A program made the translations under genes and the position numbers. The notes under the pieces were generated by a model that was not told the origin of the DNA, did no database searches, and was given only the letters and a program-made list of their open reading frames with translations. Of a stretch of 32,000 nucleotides of DNA, positions 1 through 8,230 are shown in pieces. How positions within the stretch are numbered: position 1 is the stretch's first letter; every line of letters begins with the position of its first letter. Location of the stretch: assembly GCF_000260965.1 (NCBI RefSeq), contig NC_017856.1, positions 2,070,001 through 2,102,000 of the forward strand, given 5' to 3'. Source of the stretch: Methylophaga frappieri. GTDB lineage: Bacteria; Pseudomonadota; Gammaproteobacteria; Nitrosococcales; Methylophagaceae.

Positions 1-690
1 GATACCGAATTACGGGGTCAGGAGTGGGTCGTGATCAGCGTGCTTGATAGTGGTGGTGGCATTTCAGCAGAAATCATCGATAAAATTTTTGAACCTTTTT
101 TCACCACCAAGGCCAAAGGCAAGGGAAGTGGTCTTGGGTTAAGCATGATTTTTGGCTTTATCAAGCAGAGTGGTGGGCATATCCGGGTTCAGTCAGAGGC
201 AACGACGGGAACGTGCTTTCGGCTGTATCTGCCACCCTCCGATGAGGCATCAGATGACGAGGATCAGCAGGCTATAACTGATGAAGCTTTACTCGACAAG
301 ATTTCGACCGCTGACAAAACGATTCTGGTCGTCGATGATGATGATCTGGTCCGGCAATATGCCGTGTCGCAATTACATGCGGCGGGTTATCGGGTGTTGT
401 CAACAAATAGCGCGGAAAAGGCCCTGACCTGGTTACAATCGACGCAAGCCATAGATCTCCTGTTTACTGATGTGCTGATGCCGGACAGTTTTTCGGGTAC
501 GCTCTTGGCGCAAAAAGTGCAGCAATGTCGGCCGAATCTGCCGGTATTATTCACCTCTGGTTTCACTGAAAATGCGCTGGATGAGGTTTCAGCCCCGCTC
601 CTGCAACAGCATTTATTGCGCAAGCCCTATGATCGTGCGACGCTGTTGCAAAGGATTGCACAACTGCTGGCAGACAGTGAAGGAACATGA
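1..690 (+). CDS. Hybrid sensor histidine kinase, C-terminal part only (ATPase G2 box plus fused receiver domain); the 5' end lies upstream of the window
   Basis: Frame 1 is open from base 1 (DTELRGQEWVVISVLDSGGGIS...), so the track start at 31 is an internal GTG. GSGLGLSMIFGF is an HATPase G2 box. Receiver motifs: ILVVDDDD, FTDVLMPD, LFTSGF, RKP. The TGA at 688-690 overlaps the next ATG (ATGA). Confidence 0.85.
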   Translation, partial: DTELRGQEWVVISVLDSGGGISAEIIDKIFEPFFTTKAKGKGSGLGLSMIFGFIKQSGGHIRVQSEATTGTCFRLYLPPSDEASDDEDQQAITDEALLDKISTADKTILVVDDDDLVRQYAVSQLHAAGYRVLSTNSAEKALTWLQSTQAIDLLFTDVLMPDSFSGTLLAQKVQQCRPNLPVLFTSGFTENALDEVSAPLLQQHLLRKPYDRATLLQRIAQLLADSEGT

Positions 691-2855
691 TGGGCATGAC
701 AGAAAAACGACTTCTTGTACTTGATGATGATGCGCTCACTGGCGAGACCTTGAAGAATGTCGCTGAGTTTGCCGGTATGTGCGTACATGTCACCAGCTCG
801 CCCCACGATTTTTTTACTGAAATTGATAACTGGGCTCCGACGCATATTGCGCTGGATCTGGTGATGCCGGAAATGGACGGGGTTGAAGTGCTGACCGAGC
901 TCAGTAAAAGGCAGGTGAGTGCGTACATCATGATCACCAGCGGCGTGGGGCAGCAAGTATTACAGGCGGCGGCTCGCTCAGCCTCAGCACATGGCCTTAA
1001 CATCATTGGCGTACTACCCAAGCCATTCAGTCCACAACATTTTCGCGAGGTGGTGAATGCCGCCCCACAGCTGTCGGATGAACTCATGTCTGATAATGCT
1101 CGTGGTAGTAAAGAAATTACGGTCGCTGCTTTACAGGAAGCGATAGAAAACGAACAGTTGTACGTCGTATTCCAGCCCAAAGTCGAATGTCAAAGCGGGT
1201 TGCTGACAGGTTTTGAGGCATTGGCCCGCTGGCAGCACCCTGAATTGGGCTTTGTGTCACCGGATCAGTTTATTGCTGTTGCTGAAAAAAATAATCTTAT
1301 CGACTTGCTGACGCGGCTTGTATTCAAAAAAGCTTTGATCTGGTTCAGTGGTTTTTGTCAGCAAAAAGCTTTCTCCAACATTGCCAGCACGGCGCGTCCC
1401 TTACTGTGCTCAATCAACATTTCCGTGTTGTCACTGAGAAATCTGGACTTGTTCAACACCTTGGACGCGTTATGTCAGCAATATGGTGTGGCACCAGAAC
1501 AAATTATGCTGGAATTGACGGAAACTGGCGCGATGGATGATGCGGTCGCCTCATTAGACTTGCTTACCCGGTTACGGATGCGTGGTTTTCAGTTATCAAT
1601 TGATGACTTTGGCACAGGCTTCTCATCGATGCTGCAACTGGTAAGAATGCCCTTTTCTGAAGTGAAAATTGATAAGTCATTTATTATGACCGTCAATCAT
1701 TCACGGGAGTCGCGGTTGGTCACCAAAGCAATCATTGATCTGGCCCATAGTCTGGACATGTTGGTGATAGCGGAAGGTATTGAGGATGAGCCAACATTGG
1801 CGTTTCTCCAGCAGCTGGGATGTGACAAAGCACAGGGATATTATATTGGTCGTCCGTTAGCGACGTCGGAAGTCGACAGTTGGTTAGTCGAGCGCATGAA
1901 TTTGGTTGAAAAGCTGCGTTTAGAACGGCTACATGCGCTTAAATTGCTGGATACGCCATCGGAACAGCGTTTTGATCGCTTAACCCGTTTAGCCAAGCGC
2001 TTGTTTAATGTTCCAATCAGTCTGGTTTCGCTCGTAGACAGTGACCGGCAGTGGTTTAAATCCAAAGTCGGCCTGGATGTGAATGAAACACCTCGCGAAT
2101 ATGCTTTTTGCCATACCACCATTCAGCATGATGATGCTTTTGTTGTGCTTGATGCCAGTAAAGATCCGATATATCGAGAAAATCCTTTAGTCACAGGGAT
2201 GCCCTATATCCGTTTCTATGCGGGTCAACCGATCACAGCGCCAACCGGAGAAAGGCTGGGCAGTTTTTGCATCATTGATGATAAACCGCGGTTTTTCAAT
2301 GAGCAGGAAGTGGCCTTGCTGAAAGAACTGGGAACGATGGTTGAGGAAGAAATTGCCGCTAATATGAAACTGGCTGAGGATCATTTGACTGGTATTCTCA
2401 ATCGGCGTGGTTTTGAAAATCGTGCGCAACATATGCTCGACCTGTGTTTGAAACAAAACATGACAGCCTCCCTGATTTACATTGATATCAATAACTTTAA
2501 GCGGATTAATGATCAGGGCGGACATCAGGCCGGGGACGACGCATTAAAAGACTTTGCGATGTTATTGCAACAAACTTTTCGCGATTCGGATTTAATGGCT
2601 CGAATCGGCGGCGATGAATTTATTGTGATGATGGTCAATCCGCAAGGTTCAACGAGCCATAAAGAAGCCATCGAGCGACTCAAAAATGCGGTGCAAGGCC
2701 ACAACAATACTGTTGATAGCAGCTTGCAACTCCATTTCAGTTATGGGATTGCGCAAACGGTGGTAACCACCGACTACCACTTGCCTACCCTCTACGACAA
2801 AGCAGATCAGATGATGTACGCCAACAAGCATCGTCCCGAGATCTCGGATCTGTAA
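687..2855 (+). CDS. Response-regulator c-di-GMP turnover protein with domain order REC - EAL - GAF - GGDEF
   Basis: Receiver: LVLDDD, LDLVMPEMDG, ITSG, PKPF. EAL set: EALARW, QLSIDDFGTGFSS, KIDKSF, IAEGIED, QGYYIGRP. GAF: RFDRLTRLA...SLVDSDRQWFKSKVG. GGDEF: RIGGDEF, with RDSD exactly 5 residues upstream (I-site). The start could be the ATG at 687, 690 or 696. Confidence 0.9.
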   Translation: MMGMTEKRLLVLDDDALTGETLKNVAEFAGMCVHVTSSPHDFFTEIDNWAPTHIALDLVMPEMDGVEVLTELSKRQVSAYIMITSGVGQQVLQAAARSASAHGLNIIGVLPKPFSPQHFREVVNAAPQLSDELMSDNARGSKEITVAALQEAIENEQLYVVFQPKVECQSGLLTGFEALARWQHPELGFVSPDQFIAVAEKNNLIDLLTRLVFKKALIWFSGFCQQKAFSNIASTARPLLCSINISVLSLRNLDLFNTLDALCQQYGVAPEQIMLELTETGAMDDAVASLDLLTRLRMRGFQLSIDDFGTGFSSMLQLVRMPFSEVKIDKSFIMTVNHSRESRLVTKAIIDLAHSLDMLVIAEGIEDEPTLAFLQQLGCDKAQGYYIGRPLATSEVDSWLVERMNLVEKLRLERLHALKLLDTPSEQRFDRLTRLAKRLFNVPISLVSLVDSDRQWFKSKVGLDVNETPREYAFCHTTIQHDDAFVVLDASKDPIYRENPLVTGMPYIRFYAGQPITAPTGERLGSFCIIDDKPRFFNEQEVALLKELGTMVEEEIAANMKLAEDHLTGILNRRGFENRAQHMLDLCLKQNMTASLIYIDINNFKRINDQGGHQAGDDALKDFAMLLQQTFRDSDLMARIGGDEFIVMMVNPQGSTSHKEAIERLKNAVQGHNNTVDSSLQLHFSYGIAQTVVTTDYHLPTLYDKADQMMYANKHRPEISDL

Positions 2856-2877
2856 ATGTACTTTTTGGTGCCGGTGA

Positions 2878-4242
2878 GTGACGCAGCTTAATTATGATTT
2901 GTTGGTGATTGGAGCCGGTTCGGCTGGAGTGCGGGCTGCGCGGCTCGCTGCTCAGGCCGGTGCCAAGGTCGCGATTATAGAGCAGCAGGCTTTGGGCGGG
3001 ACCTGTGTCAATTATGGCTGTGTGCCCAAAAAACTGCTTTTTTACAGTGCGGCATATCAAACTCTGCTAGCCGATTCGGGACAATTTGGTTGGAAGACGG
3101 CATCATCGACATTTCATTGGCAAACCTTGCGTGAAAGCGTCACGGCTGCAGTCGAGGAAATCCAGCAAGCCTATCAGAACACCTTGGCTAAGGCCGGCGT
3201 AACCGTGTTATTCGGTAAAGCGAAATTGACGGCATCTCACACGGTACAACTCAATGGGCAAGAGATTCACGCCAAACAATTGTTGATCGCGACTGGCGCC
3301 AGTGCTTTCAGGCCACCCATTCCTGGAATTAATGATGCCCTGACCTCGGATGATATGTTTTGCCTGGAACAATTACCCCAGCGCTTGGCAATCATTGGCG
3401 GTGGTTATATCGCGACAGAATTTGCCGGCTTGATGCAGCGATTCGGTGTACAGATCACCATCATTGCCCGAAGCCCGCGATTATTAATGGGCTTTGATGC
3501 TGAATGCACGGAAGTCTGTGCCAGACAAATGCGCGCTAACGGGATCGACTTACGCCTCAGTCAGGATGCCACTGCCATTACCCGACTGGCCGATGGCAGT
3601 TTGCAAGTCACTACTGAAACTGGCCAGCAGATTGTCGCCGATCAAGTATTGGTTGCGGCTGGGCGCCACGCGAACACGGAAGCGCTTGGGTTAGATGTCT
3701 GCCAACTTGATCTGGATGATCAGGGGTTTATCAAAACAGATTCTTTGGGTCGGACCAATCAAGCTGATATTTTTGCGTTGGGGGATGTGACCGGGGGCAT
3801 GCAATTAACACCAATGGCGATTGCACAGGCAGAAGCCTTGATCAGACATTTATTTACGCCGCCTGCTGAGCCAGTTGATCCGGACAAGGTGCCCACAGCC
3901 GTCTTTTCAGATCCGCCCATTGCCCAGGCGGGGTTAACAGAAGCCATTGCCAAATCACGGGGTATGACGGTGAAGGTGTATAAAAAGACTTTTACCGGTT
4001 TACGTTCACGATTGAGCCAACGGACTGCCAAAAACTTTATCAAGCTGGTTGTTGATAGTGCCTCGGATCAGGTTTTGGGGGCGCAAATGACCGGACCGGA
4101 TGCCAGTGAAATTATGCAGGGGTTAGCGATCGCAATTCAGGCCGGTGCAACTAAAGCTGATTTTGACCGTACTATCGCCATTCATCCAACCAGTGCAGAA
4201 GAATTCACCAGCTTGACAGAGGTAGACTCAGAAAAATCCTGA
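2878..4242 (+). CDS. gor: Glutathione-disulfide reductase (class I pyridine nucleotide-disulfide oxidoreductase)
   Basis: DLLVIGAGSAG FAD fold; redox-active GGTCVNYGCVPKK; IIGGGYIATEFAG NADPH fold followed by ARSPR; C-terminal HPTSAEEF. GTG start at 2878. Confidence 0.8.
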   Translation: MTQLNYDLLVIGAGSAGVRAARLAAQAGAKVAIIEQQALGGTCVNYGCVPKKLLFYSAAYQTLLADSGQFGWKTASSTFHWQTLRESVTAAVEEIQQAYQNTLAKAGVTVLFGKAKLTASHTVQLNGQEIHAKQLLIATGASAFRPPIPGINDALTSDDMFCLEQLPQRLAIIGGGYIATEFAGLMQRFGVQITIIARSPRLLMGFDAECTEVCARQMRANGIDLRLSQDATAITRLADGSLQVTTETGQQIVADQVLVAAGRHANTEALGLDVCQLDLDDQGFIKTDSLGRTNQADIFALGDVTGGMQLTPMAIAQAEALIRHLFTPPAEPVDPDKVPTAVFSDPPIAQAGLTEAIAKSRGMTVKVYKKTFTGLRSRLSQRTAKNFIKLVVDSASDQVLGAQMTGPDASEIMQGLAIAIQAGATKADFDRTIAIHPTSAEEFTSLTEVDSEKS

Positions 4243-4264
4243 GTGTTAACAGGTAAACCCCTGA

Positions 4265-4292
4265 TTCACATAAATTTGCAATTCACTATCAT
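4265..4292 (+). promoter_or_regulatory. Candidate sigma70 promoter for pqqA (TTCACA - 16 nt - TATCAT)
   Basis: TTCACA at 4265-4270 and TATCAT at 4287-4292 with a 16-nt spacer, about 50 nt upstream of the pqqA ATG. Sequence match only. Confidence 0.35.
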
Positions 4293-4341
4293 AGGAACCA
4301 AGTCAGCGATTAGCTGATAAGTCAACTCAAGGAGAAGTGTT

Positions 4342-4413
4342 ATGTGGACTAAACCAGAATATTCAGATATGCGTTTTGGCTTTGAAGTAACCATGTACAT
4401 CAACAACCGTTAA
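4342..4413 (+). CDS. pqqA: PQQ precursor peptide PqqA (23 aa), stand-alone copy
   Basis: ATG 4342 to TAA 4411-4413 translates to [23 protein letters not shown]. It has the PqqA hallmark MW.KP...D.R.GFEVTMY..NR, with the Glu-x-x-x-Tyr pair that is cross-linked into PQQ. An AAGGAG Shine-Dalgarno sequence lies about 7 nt upstream. It is too short to appear in the ORF track. Confidence 0.85.
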   Translation: MWTKPEYSDMRFGFEVTMYINNR

Positions 4414-4431
4414 TATTAACGGCAAGAATTC

Positions 4432-4461
4432 AAAAAAACCCGGCAAAAGTCGGGTTTTTTT
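4432..4461 (+). terminator. Rho-independent terminator after pqqA, bidirectional in form
   Basis: A7 run, stem ACCCGGC (4438-4444), AAAA loop, stem GTCGGGT (4449-4455), then a T7 run. Confidence 0.8.
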
Positions 4462-4594
4462 GTGCCCAAACCTAGGCCAGAGCGGGTTTTAAGATAACCT
4501 GAGAGACGCTGACTGGTGGTGAAATAAATCTGGGTTAAGAGACAAATGCAAGGCGTATGCTACGCTTAATCATTTAATTGTCATTTATGGATAT

Positions 4595-6727
4595 TTGATG
4601 ACGAATCCAATGCGCATACCGGTTCCCGGTAAAAATTGCTGGCAGTATGTCTCAGCTAACCGTGCCAGCTTACTCATTGATGGGGAAAATTATTTTCCAG
4701 CTCTGCATCAGGCAATAACCAATGCCAAGCGGCGAATTATTATCGTTGGTTGGGATATAGATAGCCGCATGCTGTTACGCCGCGGGCAAGATCTCCCAGA
4801 TGATTTGCCCAATGAGTTAGGTCATATTTTGTGCTATGCGCTGCAGCAAACCCCATCCCTTGATGTATACATTCTAAATTGGGATTGGGCCATGATGTAT
4901 ACATTTGAGCGTGAGTGGTTACCCACTTACCGGCCGCTGTGGCGTCATCAAGATCGGCTACATTTTGAGCTTGATGGTGAGTGTCCGCAAACCGCGTCAC
5001 AACACCAAAAAATAGTGGTTATTGATGATCAATTAGCTTTTTGTGGCGGTTTTGATCTCGGTAAACATCGCTGGGATAGCCGCGACCATGCGGCCGAAGA
5101 TAGTCGCCGTCAAGATCCCGATAAGCAAGCCTATCCTCCTTTTCATGATGTGCAGTGGTTAGTGGATGGTGAAGCAGCCTGTGCGTTATCAGATTTGGCA
5201 CGAGAGCGGTGGTTTCGTGCTACCGAGCAGACCTTAACACCAATCCCAGGTGGCGAAGATGTATGGCCTAACAGCGTATCGCCTGACTTTGAGCAGGTCG
5301 ATTTAGCGATTGCCCGAACTCAGCCGGCTTATGGTGGTTATCCTGAAGTTCGAGAAGTTGAGCGCTTGTATTTAGATAGTATTGCGAGTGCGGAATCATT
5401 GATTTACATTGAAAATCAATACTTTACTTCATCAGTTATAACTGATGCATTGGCAAAACGTTTGGCCGAACCAGCGGGGCCAGAGATTATTATTGTCTTG
5501 CCTAAAATGACGGGGGGCTGGTTAGAGCAAAATACCATGGATGTGCTCAGAGCACGTCTCATGCGTCGATTATGTGAGGCCGATAAGCATCAGCGTTTGC
5601 GGGTCTGCTATCCGCATCGTGATGCGCTTGGTGACCGTTATATCAGCGTGCACAGTAAAACCATGATCATTGATGACCACTGGCTGCGAGTGGGCTCCAG
5701 TAATTTGAGTAATCGCTCTATGGGGCTGGACAGTGAGTGTGATATTGGATTGCAGGCAACTAACCAGCGCCAAACGCAAAAAATAGCTAACATTCGACAT
5801 GATTTACTTGCTGAACATATGGGCATGTCGATTGCGGATGTCATTGAAGGCATCAAGCAACACGGTTCAGTACGACACTTTATCGATGCGCACCAAGATG
5901 CAGCTCATACCTTACGTGCTTTGGATTGCCAGGTCACTGAGCTAAGTGATGAATTGTTACCGGATAGTAGCGTCATTGACCCCGAAAAGCCGTTACAAGC
6001 CGATGATATGGCCAAGTTGTTATTGCCAATCCAGCAGCGTTCCGCTTTCCGAAAACAGTGGTTAACGGGGGTTGGCATTATTCTGTTTATTTGCTTGATC
6101 ACGCTGTTATGGCAATTCACTCCGCTGGCGGAATGGTTCAGTGAGGAAAATCTGGAAAGTGCTGGTCAGACGATTAAATCTCTGCCATTTGCGCCGATTT
6201 TGCTGTTGTTAGTGTTTGCGATCAGTAGCTTATTCGGCGTACCGGTGACGTTATTGATCATTGCAACAGTGATGACTTTTGGCGCTATTCAGGGCGGCAT
6301 TTATGCACTTATCGGCGCGGTGATGGGGGCTGTGCTGGGTTTTCTGTGCGGTCAACGGCTAGGTAAAGGCGCACTGGCAAGACTGGCCGGTAGTCAGGTT
6401 AACCGAATCAGCAAACGTTTGGCCAAACGCGGCTTATTGACGATTATTACGGTTCGGATTGTCCCGGTGGCGCCTTTTACCGTTATCAATCTGGTTGCCG
6501 GCGCATCTCATATTCGGTTACGTGATTTTTGTTGGGGAACGGTGCTCGGCATGCTGCCAGCGATTTTAGCGTTCACCGTATTTACCGATTCATTGATTGC
6601 CGCACTGAAACAGCCTGATGCCAGCCAAATCGGTGTATTGCTAGGGGTTATCGTGGCCGTCATAGTGTTGAGTGCGGGTTTACAAAAATTGTTTTTACGA
6701 CGTGATGCAAAGCGGCCGCAAAGCTGA
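4595..6727 (+). CDS. Phospholipase D / cardiolipin-synthase-like enzyme (two HKD motifs) fused to a C-terminal DedA/VTT (SNARE-associated) polytopic membrane domain
   Basis: HKD 1: HQKIVVIDDQLAFCGGFDLG. HKD 2: HSKTMIIDDHWLRVGSSNLSNRS. The last ~230 aa are hydrophobic helices with DedA-like features (GQRLGKGAL, ITVRIVPVAPFTVINLVAGAS). TTG at 4595 or ATG at 4598 could be the start. Confidence 0.8.
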   Translation: MMTNPMRIPVPGKNCWQYVSANRASLLIDGENYFPALHQAITNAKRRIIIVGWDIDSRMLLRRGQDLPDDLPNELGHILCYALQQTPSLDVYILNWDWAMMYTFEREWLPTYRPLWRHQDRLHFELDGECPQTASQHQKIVVIDDQLAFCGGFDLGKHRWDSRDHAAEDSRRQDPDKQAYPPFHDVQWLVDGEAACALSDLARERWFRATEQTLTPIPGGEDVWPNSVSPDFEQVDLAIARTQPAYGGYPEVREVERLYLDSIASAESLIYIENQYFTSSVITDALAKRLAEPAGPEIIIVLPKMTGGWLEQNTMDVLRARLMRRLCEADKHQRLRVCYPHRDALGDRYISVHSKTMIIDDHWLRVGSSNLSNRSMGLDSECDIGLQATNQRQTQKIANIRHDLLAEHMGMSIADVIEGIKQHGSVRHFIDAHQDAAHTLRALDCQVTELSDELLPDSSVIDPEKPLQADDMAKLLLPIQQRSAFRKQWLTGVGIILFICLITLLWQFTPLAEWFSEENLESAGQTIKSLPFAPILLLLVFAISSLFGVPVTLLIIATVMTFGAIQGGIYALIGAVMGAVLGFLCGQRLGKGALARLAGSQVNRISKRLAKRGLLTIITVRIVPVAPFTVINLVAGASHIRLRDFCWGTVLGMLPAILAFTVFTDSLIAALKQPDASQIGVLLGVIVAVIVLSAGLQKLFLRRDAKRPQS

Positions 6728-7419
6728 TGCGGCTGCGTATTGCCAGCTATAACATTCATGCCGGTATTGGCTCTGATGGTCAATTTGACCCGGCACGAAT
6801 TGCCACAGTCATTGATGAACTGAATGCCGATGTCATTGCGTTACAAGAGGTGGAACATCACTTGATTGAGGAAGGTGATTTTTTAGATTACCTTGCTGCC
6901 AGAACCGGATATCAAGCAGTGTCAGGGCCGACCTTAATGCGGGAAACCCGGCATTATGGCAATGCGGTGTTAACCCGGCTGCCGGTCATTGCCAGTCAAC
7001 GTCGCGATATTTCCTTCGCTGGACACGAGCCCCGTGCTGTTTTGGAGGTGGAGTTGGCGGTCGCGAGCAAAATAATTACGGTGATGGCGACTCACCTTGG
7101 TTTGTGGCCATCGGAACGGCGCTCGCAAGTGCGACAGATTGTCAATTTGTTACAGCAGAGCCACAGTGACTATATTTGGCTCATGGGGGACTTAAATGAA
7201 TGGCTGATTTGGGGAAGGCCGTTAAACTGGTTAAAGCATTTTTTTAGATATTCGCATCATATCGCAACATTTCCTTCATTTTTCCCCTTATTATCGTTAG
7301 ATCGGCTATGGGTCATGCCACAGCAAAGCTTGCTTTCTGTGCGTGCGCATCGTTCAAAGATCAGCCGTCAGGCTTCCGATCATTTGCCTCTGGTTGGGGA
7401 AGTAATCATCGAGACCTGA
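6727..7419 (+). CDS. Endonuclease/exonuclease/phosphatase (EEP) family hydrolase
   Basis: IASYNIHAG, ALQEVE, GDLNEW and SDHLPL match the EEP catalytic Asn/Glu/Asp/His positions. The ATG at 6727 shares its A with the upstream TGA (TGATG), indicating translational coupling. Confidence 0.8.
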   Translation: MRLRIASYNIHAGIGSDGQFDPARIATVIDELNADVIALQEVEHHLIEEGDFLDYLAARTGYQAVSGPTLMRETRHYGNAVLTRLPVIASQRRDISFAGHEPRAVLEVELAVASKIITVMATHLGLWPSERRSQVRQIVNLLQQSHSDYIWLMGDLNEWLIWGRPLNWLKHFFRYSHHIATFPSFFPLLSLDRLWVMPQQSLLSVRAHRSKISRQASDHLPLVGEVIIET

Positions 7420-7504
7420 GCGGGATCTGACAAAGCCCAAGCAAGACCATTGCCCTGATTCAGAATTACGACTATCTTTGTGCAATTAATGCACGGGACA
7501 TGAC

Positions 7505-8230
7505 ATGACTTATTGTGTGGCAATTTCGCTCGACGACGGCTTGGTGCTCACCTCTGACTCGCGAACCAATGCCGGAATTGATCAGGTGAGCACTTACAGC
7601 AAGATGTTTACCTTTGAAACCGATCCAAACCGGTCCCTGGTGTTGCTAAGTGCTGGTAATCTGGCCACGACACAATATGTTGCTGAACAGTTGAAACGTG
7701 ATATTCGCGAGACGCAGCCAAGAAATCTGAACACCTTGAGTTATTTATCTGATGCGGCAGATTATGTCGGTGAAATTCTCAGCAGTCGTATTCGTCGTCA
7801 TGCGGATAATGAAGCAAGTGGCTTTGCTCCTGAGGCAACTTTGATTTTGGCTGGGCAGATCCATGGTAATCCACATCAGGCTTTTCTGATTTATCCCCAA
7901 GGCAATCACATCACGACATCTCAGGAAACACCCTATTTGCAGATTGGCGAAAGTAAGTATGGCAAGCCGGTGCTAGATCGGTTTATCAGACCACATACAT
8001 CACTGGCTGACGCTGCTACCTGCGCGCTGATTTCCATGGACTCTACTATGCAGAGTAATGTCAGTGTCGGACCGCCTATTGAGGTGTTGATTTACCGAAA
8101 AGACACTTTTGATGTAAGTAAACGCTATCGTTTTCATGCAGAGCATCCTTACCTTATCGAATTAAGGAAGGCTTGGGGGGAGCGACTGCGGCAGGCGTTT
8201 TGTGAGATGCCTCGGTTTAACGAACAGTAG
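7505..8230 (+). CDS. Anbu-type proteasome beta-like Ntn hydrolase (ancestral beta subunit)
   Basis: The N-terminus MTYCVAISLDDGLVLTSDSRTNAG puts Thr directly after Met, with Asp18 and Lys33 in proteasome-beta register. The ~240 aa size is typical of Anbu, and the neighbours are ATP-grasp and alpha-E genes. Confidence 0.8.
   Translation: MTYCVAISLDDGLVLTSDSRTNAGIDQVSTYSKMFTFETDPNRSLVLLSAGNLATTQYVAEQLKRDIRETQPRNLNTLSYLSDAADYVGEILSSRIRRHADNEASGFAPEATLILAGQIHGNPHQAFLIYPQGNHITTSQETPYLQIGESKYGKPVLDRFIRPHTSLADAATCALISMDSTMQSNVSVGPPIEVLIYRKDTFDVSKRYRFHAEHPYLIELRKAWGERLRQAFCEMPRFNEQ

Noticed and set aside
563-1180. 205-aa antisense ORF, plus 387-623 and 627-956, opposite the kinase/REC-EAL genes
   Set aside because: It lies entirely within well-supported sense genes that have recognisable domain motifs. 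The product is Cys/Ser/Ala-rich and low-complexity with no recognisable family, which is typical of shadow ORFs.
4595-7419. Possibility that the PLD (HKD) plus EEP pair is a nuclease-based anti-phage defence module
   Set aside because: HKD and EEP folds both include nucleases. However, the HKD protein is covalently fused to a DedA/VTT polytopic membrane domain, and there are no helicase, ATPase, methylase or sensor partners. A lipid-directed role fits better. Not excluded experimentally.
7480-7494. GTGCA-ATTAA-TGCAC dyad 11 nt upstream of the anbu start
   Set aside because: It has 5-bp arms in an AT-rich context, which is easily a chance occurrence. There is no second copy elsewhere in the window.
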